DNA of 64,000 bases from Eledone cirrhosa (lineage: Eukaryota). The translations under genes and the position numbers were made by a program. The stretch is from contig OZ024753.1 of NCBI GenBank assembly GCA_964016885.1, positions 44,206,001-44,270,000 of the forward strand, given 5' to 3'. This document shows, one piece after another, positions 53,141 through 64,000 of the stretch. The stretch's first letter is position 1, and the number at the start of each line of letters is the position of its first letter. Under the pieces are notes generated by a model, which did not search any database, had not been told where the DNA came from, and saw only the letters and a list, made by a program, of their open reading frames with translations.

Positions 53141-54885
53141 TGTCTTCTTGAGGTCGTGGTGCTGGATTCATGATCATAAGGTCAGAGTTTTGGTTTCAGG
53201 GTTAAATAGTGTATTGCTTTCTTGAGAACATTACATTATTTCCTGTTGCTTCTGCTACTAGCAGTTGTAACTAACTGATTCTAGCAGTTATAGATGATCA
53301 ATAAAAACATTGTTTCATTGTTCAAATATAATAGTCAGCTCCTTTCTCTCCCCGGAAGCTATGACTAGCACACTGTAGCAACAATGGAGAAGCTTGTGGA
53401 AACATTTTGTCCTTGGTCCAGTCTGAAAATCAACTCTTTTCATCTGCCAGGAATTGTGACCAGCACATAATAACAACTATGGAAAGACCAATGGAAACTG
53501 TGTTCCCTCAGTCAAATATGACTACTGGCTCCTCTCTTCTGTCAGGAATTGTGACCAGCATATAACAACAACAATGGAAACAGTGTTTCCTTGGTCCTGT
53601 CTGACAATTGGCTCTTTTTTCTCTGCTTTTAATGTTCTCTAAGGAACACACTACTCTATATGATTCATACTATTATGTGCATGAAAAATAAACAGCTAAA
53701 ATAAAATACAAAAGGTGTTAAAATGTGAATGTCAGTGTATGTCTATGCATCACAGCATGTCATTGTGTGTATGCGTCTATGTGTCAGCTTGTGTCTGTGT
53801 CTCAGCAGGTGTGTGTGTATGTGTGCATCTGTCACAGTATATGTGTGTTTGTGCCTCAGTATGTGTACCTCGGTATGTGTGTGTTAGTGTGAGCCTCAGT
53901 ATGTATGTGACAGTGTGTATGTGTGTTTGCCTGTCTGACTATGTTACTTTGAAGTAGTCTAAGGAGAATTATATGTTGTTATTAATATATTTTCTTTTTA
54001 ATGATGTGTGTATATATTTGTTTCTGTATTTTTTTGTTATATTTTTGTTATTTATTTGTTCTTGGACAACCGTTCCCTATCCCCCACTTTATCTCCCACC
54101 ACAGACCCATTTCCCATCCCAACCTTGCCATAGTAACAGATTTGACAGGCATCAAATCTTGATATTTACCATTAAGTACGGTGGTGCCCAGCAATGCAGT
54201 AAGAATCCACCAAATCACAGAAGTTTTTGGAAGCATCAAGTAATTCTCAATAATTTCCAACGAAGAACATCAGCTTGAAGATGTCATTGAATTGCTCACT
54301 GGTGACATGGCTTCATATATCAATCTAGACAGCTTTTGTCACTCATTCTTTCACTCTCTTTCACTACACTTCTATTAATATTCACAATCGATTCATAAAG
54401 TAGAATCTTAATCAGACAACAACATTATATATTGATCAGTGTTACTGACCAATGCAGATGGATTGAATTTAATGGAAAATATTTGATGTTGAATCACATG
54501 TACAGTTACAGCGATTCTTTCTTCAGGCTACATCTGTTTTATATGGTCTTTAAGTTGAGCTAACGTTTTAACATGTTACAATTCAAGAGAGATAAAAATA
54601 ATTATAGCAGAGTGCTTAAAGTATTTGGTCCAGGCTGGTTAATATTTGATTTGCTTTCATTGTTTCTGTTTTATCAAATATAACATAAAACGCAGTGATC
54701 CAGTTGAATAACATGAGTAGGAGAAATAAATTGTGGCATATATTTATATGTAAAGATACTACATTTATATAGAGGATATTATATATTATATGATATTATG
54801 TTTATATGATATTATATATTATATGATATTATGTTTATATAATACATCTATCATTATATATATATATATATGTGTGTGTGTGTGA

Positions 54886-55045
54886 GACCCAGGTTCAATT
54901 GGCAGTAACCACAGGAAGGTACTCAATACATTAGTAGAGTGTAAAACAACAAATTTAATATAGAAATGGCTTCTACAGGACTAGAACTGTTTCAGTCAAA
55001 AGAAATCATCAGTCCTGTAGAAGCCATTTCTATATTAAATTTGTT
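54886..55045 (-). mobile_element. Family B copy with 35-bp fold-back enclosing a hammerhead-like core
   Basis: Arms 54948-54982 and 55011-55045 are perfect reverse complements; minus strand CTGATGA at 55012-55006 and GAAAC at 54993-54989. Confidence 0.7.
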
Positions 55046-55225
55046 ATATATATATATATATATATACATGTCTTAAATTTCTTTATACATATATGTGTAT
55101 ATATATATATAATTAATTTGAGTATGTGTTTGTTAATTACCGACACTTCAGTGTGCAGGTTAGATTAAACAGCATATATATGTGTGTGTATACATTTATA
55201 TATATATATACACACACACACAAAT

Positions 55226-55393
55226 ACTGTAAATGTGGTTGGTGTTAGGAAGGGCATCCAGCCGTAGAAAACCTTCCAGATAGTTCTATACGAGTGAGAC
55301 ACGGTCATCCAACCAATCTTGCCTCAAATGGGACAATTCCCGTCTAACCCATGCTAGCGTGGAAGATAGATGTTAAACGATGATGATGATAAT
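55226..55393 (+). mobile_element. Family C 3' fragment
   Basis: Matches 7910-8075. Confidence 0.85.
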
Positions 55394-55426
55394 GTGTGTG
55401 TGTGTGTATATATGTATGTGTGTATG

Positions 55427-55459
<33 letters not shown>

Positions 55460-55813
55460 AGAAATTCAGATATAATGAAGGAATTTAAGACATATTTATT
55501 AGGTCGGGAATGTGTTTTCAAAAAGGTTTAAATATGGAACACCTAGTATTGAGTACAAAATTGTTGAATTGAATGAAGTAATTAACACTGGGATGAGTTA
55601 ATATCAATAACCTGTATTTGTGAAATTTGTAAAGATCGACAAATATTAAGTGTTTTCTTTCTTCTTCATGCAAATATCATTCTGCTGTAGAAATGCTATA
55701 TCTCTCTAATTAAGGTAAATATCTTCATCTTCTCACACAACATAGCTTTGTTTATGCCACTTCTCTCTCTCTCTCTCTCTCTTTCTATCTCTCTCTCTCG
55801 CTCTCTCTCTCTC

Positions 55814-55882
<69 letters not shown>

Positions 55883-56196
55883 GCCTCTCTCTCTCATGAT
55901 AAACAGATATTCTCAAGCATGTTAAATAGAAATTTTAGTTTGTTTTTATTTTCATATAATGTATTAGTTGTATTTATTTTATACAAATAATAATAATAAC
56001 AATGATAATAACAATAATCATGATAATAACAACAACAATATTTATTATTATTGTTGTTGTTATTATTATTCATATTTTTGTTATCGTTTGTTATCACTAT
56101 TTAGATTACTTAACTCATTTTTCTATGTTTTCATTTGTGATGAAAATAAAAAAAAACATTATATCCTCCTCCTTCTCCTCCTCTTCCTCCTCTTCC

Positions 56197-56252
<56 letters not shown>

Positions 56253-57540
56253 CTCCTTCTCCTTCTCCTCCTCCTTCTCCTTCTCTTTCTCCTCCTCATT
56301 CTTCTTCTTCCACCACATAATAATAATAATAATACAATTCCACCATTGTCTTCCATAGCCAGTTGCCATCAACAGAACTAATGTCCCCACTCCACCCTCC
56401 ACCTCTTGCTATCCCTCTCTATTGTAGCCATTAGTTCTTCTGTCAGTTTTATAACTATGGGCATTTGTTGCAGATGTTAGTTTTCGCAGGAAGAGAATCG
56501 AGTGAATAGAAAGAATATAGAATATTTAAACAGAATGTCTGTCAGCATGGAAACTAATTTAAGATGGTCTGCTTAACGAATTCACATAAATATTGATAAT
56601 CATTCTGGAATTTACAAAATTTCCAGTCCAAATTGATTTTTAACTTTTATTTAATCAATGGAAATTTTGTTGTTTTTGCCCAGCTGAACAATTTATGTGT
56701 TTAAACAACTGCATCGATAAATCCAATTGAAACCATAAATCTAATTGGTGGTTAAGATTGTTTATTTAAATAATGAAGTAAACTGGCTTATCTGTATTTA
56801 TTGTCCCCAATGAATTTAAATTTGTTGGGAAATTCTCAAACTGTTTAAATTGTTGTAAAGCTTTGTACAAACCTTTCATTAGCACAAAAAAGCAATTATC
56901 AGAAGCCATTTACAGAAAAAGGAGAAAAAAAGAAGGAATAATAATAATGATGAAGATAAACAAAACTAAATAAAACACAGAGCAAAATAAAAGGTAAATA
57001 ACAAAAGTTTGTGAATAATAAAAAGATTAGTTCTGCCAAGTTGGCTTAGAAACACTCATACTTCGGTTTCCCCCATTAAAACACACAAACAATGATAACA
57101 CACGATATGATAATAAAAATGTGTGAAAGGAAATTTTGCAATTCCTGTAAAATAATTACTTTCACAATGGAGATTATCGGTATAAATTCCAAATGTTTGA
57201 CTTGCATATGGAATCTTCATGTATTTTAAAAGTTTATTTTTCAAGACTAGTTGGTTGGTTGTTTGTTTTTACAAACAAAATTCACCATCTTTTTATCTCA
57301 GACATGCACATAAAGTTAGAGAAAGCAGTGAACCTTGCATTCTGTCATGATACATCTGACATGAAGAGAACATCAAGTTGAGATGACAGTGATGAGGAAA
57401 AGTTTACGGAGAAAAAGAAAAATGTTATAACGCGGCATTAAAAGAGTTAAAAAAAAATATGGAATAGACTTTAGCAATTGTCTTAGATCCTCTATGAACA
57501 TACTGAAACAAAAACATTCCAAACAAGGACTGAACATAAT

Positions 57541-57725
57541 TGTTTCTACTTTAGGCACAAGGCCAGCAATTACCCAGTGCATTACTGGTACTTTATTTTA
57601 TCGACCCCGTAAGGATGAAAGGCAAAGTCAACCTCGGCGGGATTTGAACTCAGATCGTAAAGGGACGTAACTATGCTGGAAAGCATGGCGTCCGACCCTC
57701 TACCGATACTGCCAATCCACCGCCC
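57541..57725 (-). mobile_element. SINE family B, full length, with TSD
   Basis: Reverse complement of the 12073 copy; perfect 17-bp TSD CAAGGACTGAACATAAT at 57524 and 57725. Confidence 0.92.
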
Positions 57726-57970
57726 AAGGACTGAACATAATAGAATCAAATTCCCATTGTCACTGCTTCCATCCCTCTCGCTCTCTCCATCTCACACTAT
57801 TATAAGTAAATGGGGCGCAAGTGCTGGTCACCTCATGGCTCCAGTGGACAGAAACTTCACTCCTCAAACCCCCAACCACTAGTGTTGGTACTACAATATA
57901 ATGTACAGTTCACACTGTAAAGCAGTAGTGTTGGTGCCACAATAAAATATATGTAATAGTCGCTTCTAAT

Positions 57971-58118
57971 AGGGTACGTCAAAATTATTTATAAAACTGT
58001 TTATATATTGTATTTTGTCTGATGAAGTCATACCATATTTTAATTTGGTATCCCTGAAATAGGTATAATGAAATAAATATGGTTTTATAAATATAGTTTC
58101 CATTTATTTAATATCGTA

Positions 58119-58120
<2 letters not shown>
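57971..58120 (+). mobile_element. Hammerhead family 2 element ending in (TA)n
   Basis: Matches the reverse complement of 18437-18584 from AGGGTACGTCAAA to AATATCGTATA, followed by (TA)n. Confidence 0.75.
58011..58075 (+). ncRNA. Type I minimal hammerhead ribozyme, family 2, second copy
   Basis: TATTTTGT-CTGATGA-AGTCATACCA tattttaatt TGGTATCCCT-GAAA-TAGGTA-TA-ATGAAATA. Helix II 8/10 pairs; homologous to 18481-18545. Confidence 0.8.
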
Positions 58121-58168
<48 letters not shown>

Positions 58169-58169
<1 letters not shown>

Positions 58170-58201
58170 TAGTCCTGTAGAATCTCATCTATATTAAAAC
58201 T
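58169..58201 (+). mobile_element. Family B fragment within (TA)n
   Basis: CTAGTCCTGTAGAATCTCATCTATATTAAAACT is the reverse complement of ~18372-18404. Confidence 0.6.
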
Positions 58202-58719
58202 ATATATATATATATATATATAGGCTGAGTAGAACTGCATTCCAAAACAGAAAAGAAGGTAATTTGTAGCAGCAATGGCTTGTAATTTTTTCTGTAAATA
58301 GAAACTGTTTATAAATATTTCAGAATTTAATTGAAACAGACTGATGGTGTATAAGATCGATAACAATATTATAGAGAGCCATCAGTATGGCATGGCAAAT
58401 AATAATAATAATATATATATATATATATATGTTTTATAGATGTTCTTTTATTTTTAGCTTTTGAGTCAATTCGACATGAACAGAAATATACCAGTTATTA
58501 TGGTGCACTCACGCACACGCACACACACACATAAGTGTGTGCATATATATATATACACATGTGCAAAGAAATATTTGTGGTAAAAAATGAGGTTTAGAAA
58601 CAAATTAGATGTTACCTTATATATACAAACAGTTGAGTCTTGTAAGAAATCTGATTCATTCCTAAAACTCAGTCATTATTACAAACATTTCCTATGACAT
58701 CAATAATATATATATATAT

Positions 58720-58895
58720 TTAAACTGGCCATATCTGGCCAGAATTCTCACAACTTTCTGTACAAACAGGCCATATATGGCCAGGAATTCTCTCACCTCT
58801 TTCTGTTCAAAATGGCCGTAACTGGCCACCCAAACTGATTTTAATGTATTGTTCTCAAAATAAATGATATCAAAATCTCATAGATTCAATATTAT
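58720..58895 (+). mobile_element. MITE family 1, partial
   Basis: CTGGCCATATCTGGCCAGAATTCTC..ATCTCATAGATTC. Confidence 0.7.
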
Positions 58896-59836
58896 ATCAA
58901 GCTAGGAGCCTAAATCTCCCTTATATTTTCATTTTGGCATGGTTTCTATGGATGGATCCTTTTCCTGTCCTCAACCACATTACAGAGTGTATCTGGTGCA
59001 TTTTATCAAAACAGCAGTACTTGAAGTACTTCATGTCCTTGACATACACAATTGAAGAGTTCTTTTATTCAACTAAGAAGGTTACTTGTAAATATATTAG
59101 CATCCTATCCAGTGGGATATAGATCTATCATTTATTTTGTACAAGGCAACACTTGATCTAAATTGTGGCCTTTAAAAATACTTCATATTTTCAAGGGACA
59201 TTTTTCATTACATTCATCCACAACAGCTTGATTTACTGAAGCGTGAAATACTTGCAGGGAATTTGAACTTGTAGTCCAATACGATATTCATTCAGCTATG
59301 ACAAATGCAGCATTTGATTATATATTATTTTATTAAATGAAATTGTGAAAGCTGACAAAGAGTAACAGTGCACTCTGTTCAATAGCCCTCATGAAATTCC
59401 AGCAAAGCAGTATGTGAGTGTTGTGTTACATATATTTCTTTACTGCACAGCAATCAAACCATTTCACTGGATATTCACAACTGCATCAATGAATTACTTA
59501 AGGTTCATATGTGCTTCGGTTTTGTTTTATTACAATATCATGCAGTGATAACAGCATTGTTCTATACACTCCATTCATATATTATGCACTGCCATTTCAA
59601 AAGGTGATATTGCGTCCCATAACACATCACGTCATTGCAGAATCATCACATACACATAGACATACACATATACATGGACTCATGCATCATTTACATAAAC
59701 TTACAGATATAAACAGGCATATATACACACATACATATATAATACATATACACACACACACATATATATACATTTAAAGAAAAAGATATATATATATCTT
59801 TACACACATGAACACACACACATATACACTTAAAGA

Positions 59837-59873
<37 letters not shown>

Positions 59874-60101
59874 TTACACACGTGAACACACACACACATA
59901 TACACTTAAAGAAACATATATATATATATATATATATTTACACACATGATCACACAAACACTTACATATACAAATACACAAACACATATACACTTAAAGA
60001 AACACTGATATATATATATATATATATATAGATAGATAGATAGATAGATAGATATTTTTACACATATGCATACACACTATAGAAACAAACATATGCAAAT
60101 A

Positions 60102-60163
<62 letters not shown>

Positions 60164-60300
60164 TATTTGCATATGTTTATATATATATATATATATATAT
60201 AAGTATTTGCATATGTTTGTTTATATATATATATATATATATATATAAGTATTTGCATATCTTTGTTTATATATATATATATAAGTATTTGCATATCTTT

Positions 60301-60387
<87 letters not shown>

Positions 60388-61167
60388 TATGCACACACGC
60401 AGACGCACACTGGTTCTTGTAAACACAAACATATTTATTCAGTTAAGGCAAAAGGGATTTCATGGTTTAATGGTTTTCTCTTCACAACAAAAGTCCACAC
60501 ACATACATCTAGAAAGTCACACAACACATTCCACATACCCACATACACCACCCCACATCTCCACATACACCACCCCACATTGATTCCTAGCTAAAGCTTA
60601 GCCTGAAAGGATTTCATCGTTCACTTATTTCCTACAAGAATATTAGCAAGAGCAATCTGTCTCCGTCTCTCTCTAGTTCTTTCTCTCTATTTTCTCATCC
60701 ATTCTTTCTCCCTATATATATATATATATACACATATATAAATAAATATATCTCCATCACTCTCTCTCTCCCCATATATATATAGGGAATGTAACATAAC
60801 AAATCATCCTTTTATTTTATACACACACACATATATATACACACACACATATATTTACTTCCATCATTATCTCTCTTTCTCTTCCTATGTGTGTGTGAGC
60901 ATGTTTGTATATATATTTATTTATCTCTCCATTCGTCTCTCTCTCCCCCCCTACCTCTCATACTCTCCCTCTCATACTCTCCCTCCCTCTCTTTCTCCCC
61001 CCCTCTCTCATACTCTCCCCCCTCTTCTCTCTCTTTGTCATCTGCACAGATACATATAGCCACATACATACATGCACAAAGAAAAATTTATATTCCAAAC
61101 ACACCAAATATTAACCACACAAAAATACCTACGTAGTATACACAAAGACATAAACATATACTTACAA

Positions 61168-61225
<58 letters not shown>

Positions 61226-61349
61226 CACAAGACACACTTATATTGATACCAGCACCTACACACATTTAGGTATATATTATTCATATAAACATATATATAT
61301 ATATACAAGCAATCATATAAATATCAACAATTACATTCTGCACAGAGAA

Positions 61350-61384
<35 letters not shown>

Positions 61385-61647
61385 ACAATATATAGACATA
61401 TATTGTTAGATATTATGGTATAGATGATGGACATAATTCTAGAGAGGGGGAGGTAGACGAAAGTGTGACAATGAAATAAGTATATTCTACAGAAATAATT
61501 TCTGATATTTTAATCTTATAACTGAACTGTTTACTTCGTATGTGTGTATGTATTACATATGTGTGTGTATATATATATGCGTATGTGTGTGTATATATGT
61601 GTGTGTGTGTATATGTTTGTGAGTGTGTGTATATATATATGTTTGTG

Positions 61648-61988
61648 TCATCATCATCATTTCATTTTACGTCCGCTTTTTCCTTGCTTGCAAGAGTGGG
61701 ACGGGAACTGATTCTGGCTTGATTTCTACAGCTGGATGCCCTTCCTAACACCAACCTCATTTACAGTGAGTGCTGGGTGCTTTTTTGCCGTGGCACCTCC
61801 ACGACCACTTTGCAGTGGAATGATATGGACCCCAGTCCCTATAATCTCATTTCTACAGCTGAGTAAACTGGAGCAATGTGAAATAAAGTCTCTTGCTCAA
61901 GGAAACAACACATCACCCAGTCTGAGAATTGAACTCACAACCTTTCGATTGCAAGGCCAATGCTCTAACCACTAAGCCATGTGCCTCC
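61648..61988 (-). mobile_element. SINE family A copy, full length
   Basis: Reverse complement of 10885-11235 including head and (CAT)n tail. Confidence 0.9.
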
Positions 61989-62294
61989 TTTGTGTGTGTA
62001 AATATATATATATATATATATATATGTAAATATATATGTGTGTGAGAGAGCGAGAGATCTATATTTACTACTACACTGTTTAAGGGTTAGTCCACCACAT
62101 GATCCTGGCAGACAGAATAGGGAACACATTGCTCCGGTAGATGGCAAGGGAGAAATACTGGAACAACCACTCCCCACCACCACCATGGGGCTTATGCTTG
62201 CAGGTAGCCAACTCTGTCCCAGTGGCCTAATTGTTAGGGTGTTGAACACTCGATCATAAACTTTTTGATTTGGGGACCTTATCATTAAAAGCAC

Positions 62295-62505
62295 CTATGA
62301 GTTTCCAACTAATAGAAAGCCAGCTAATCCAATTCTCAGGGAGATCCTGTGGGATGCAGTGTGTGATAAGCTTGGCCCTTTGAAATACAAGCACAACACA
62401 CAAGCAATGAGAAATAAAGTGTCTTTCTCAAGGACATAATGCATCAATGGCAATCAAACCCACAACCTTATGATCATAAGACAAACAGCCTGACCACTAA
62501 GCTAC
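62295..62505 (-). mobile_element. Diverged tRNA-derived SINE
   Basis: AAATAAAGTGTCTTTCTCAAGG..AAACCCACAACC..GACCACTAAGC. Confidence 0.6.
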
Positions 62506-62529
62506 TTAATTACCTTCACAATGGGATAG

Positions 62530-62938
62530 TTAACCCTTTAGTATTTACATTACTCTATATATATATTGTATTTTCGCTGTAAAGGCTTTATCTCACATAA
62601 TTATTTCACATAATATTGAAACTATAAGATTTGATATTATTTATTTGGGAATTGGCAGTATCAGTAGAGGGTCGGACGCCATGCTTTGCAGCAAAGTGTT
62701 ACGGCCCTTTATGGTTTGAGTTCAAATCCCGCATAGGTTAACTTTGCCTTTCATCCTTATGAGGTCGATAAAATAAAGTACCAGTAATACACTGGGATAA
62801 TTGCTGGCCTTGTGCCAAAAGTAGAAACATTTATTTTCAGAGCATCAGTATGAGTGGCCAGTTACAGCTGGTTTGAACAGAAAGAGGTGAGAGAATTCTG
62901 GCAGGATATGACCGGTTACTGCCGGTTTAAATGGTAAA
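62530..62938 (-). mobile_element. piggyBac-like MITE family 1, interrupted by a SINE
   Basis: Reverse complement of 52912-53140 in two parts. Confidence 0.8.
62648..62830 (+). mobile_element. SINE family B nested in a piggyBac-like MITE
   Basis: ATTGGCAGTATCAGTAG..TAGAAAC interrupts MITE 62530-62938. Confidence 0.88.
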
Positions 62939-63594
62939 AAAAAATGACTGGAAATTTACAGACAACTTTGTCAATTTTTGTTAATTCTTCTCTGTATCAC
63001 ATTTTTCACTTCCAGTGGAGCAATGCCCTCTTGCTTTACATCAAATTGCTTCACTGACAGATCAATATATTGTTAGCACTGATTCACCAATTCCTTTAAC
63101 TTTAAATTGATTTATTCCATTTCACCCGAGGTCATTTTAATTTACTTTCAAATTCATTTTACCTTCAACTTTTGTAACATCTTTTTCACTTCCTATCAAT
63201 TTTTAAAAATCAATTTTTAATTTTATAATTTTTTCAAATTCTGTATGGTATAAATTTATAATGTCTCATATTTTCTTATCTTATTTGCCTCAGACAAACA
63301 AAAATGTTTTTTTACTGCCCACATAGCTCCTAAATATTACTTATTCATGACAATTTGTTCTTCATCTATCTTTAGCATCTAATGTTTATAATCAGGGTCC
63401 CATTGTCTAAATGTAGCAGGAGATTTGTTTGATGTAGGGGCAATGCTCGAAGAAGAGGTTCTATTCAGAAAGTCTTTTAAGTCTAAGGCAGTTGCTACTT
63501 ACCCTCTCCCTGAGAAATCTATGCTTGTGTTCATGTCACTCGTTTTAGCTTCTATCTTAACTCTCTAATGTCTGTCTCAAGCCTAAAAGCTCAT

Positions 63595-63840
63595 CAGGCT
63601 GGTGCTTATCCTGGTTTTCACGGTGTGAAGTGACTGAAATTACAAGACTTCTCCCGGGACAGGATGCCAGTCCATCACATTGTTAAATCTCCCAGCTACA
63701 GTTGGTATTTATTTTCTGCTGAATATAGTGAATCAATGTAAAATGAAGTCTTTTGCTCAAGAACACAACACACAACCCAACCCAGAAATCGAACCCACAA
63801 CATTATGATTGTAAGTCCAACACCCTTACCACTAGGCCTT
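63595..63840 (-). mobile_element. Diverged tRNA-derived SINE
   Basis: TTGCTCAAGAACACAAC..ATCGAACCCACAAC..ACCACTAGGC head on the minus strand with a different 3' body. Confidence 0.65.
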
Positions 63841-63924
63841 CATATCTTAACTGCATGTTGTAATAAATTAAATAACACTTTGTATTACAAATGCATCATG
63901 ATAAAATATATTATAATTCTAATA

Positions 63925-64000
63925 TAATTGTTTCTACCTTTGGCACAAGGCCAGCAATTATCCCAGTGCAATTATTTTATCGACCCCGTAAGGATGAAAG
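63925..64000 (-). mobile_element. SINE family B 3' end, cut by the window edge
   Basis: TGTTTCTACC..GGCACAAGGCC..ATCGACCCCGTAAGGATGAAAG. Confidence 0.85.

Noticed and set aside
63560-63600. Minus-strand CTGATGAG hammerhead candidate
   Set aside because: Followed by GAGAC rather than GAAA, with no helix I or III pairing.

Overview
AT-rich eukaryotic non-coding (intergenic or intronic) DNA, most consistent with a cephalopod (Octopus-type) genome, judged from the recognisable SINE and RTE repeat families. No intact protein-coding gene is supported; every long ORF in the track is a microsatellite or minisatellite artefact. The window is a mosaic of (TA)n/(CA)n/(GA)n/(CAT)n microsatellites, three SINE-like families, decayed RTE and CR1 LINE fragments, TTAA-flanked piggyBac-like, mariner-like and hAT-like MITEs, several minisatellites (24, 27, 65, 68, 72-73 bp units) and one 200-N gap. 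The main finding is a set of short elements embedded in (TA)n tracts that carry type I minimal hammerhead ribozymes with palindromic helix III. Complete cores are at 10319-10389 (+), 18481-18545 (-) and 58011-58075 (+), with further mutated or partial copies. They often sit in inverted-duplication arrangements, as expected for Penelope-like pLTR or retrozyme-type elements. All structure calls were made by eye, without computation.
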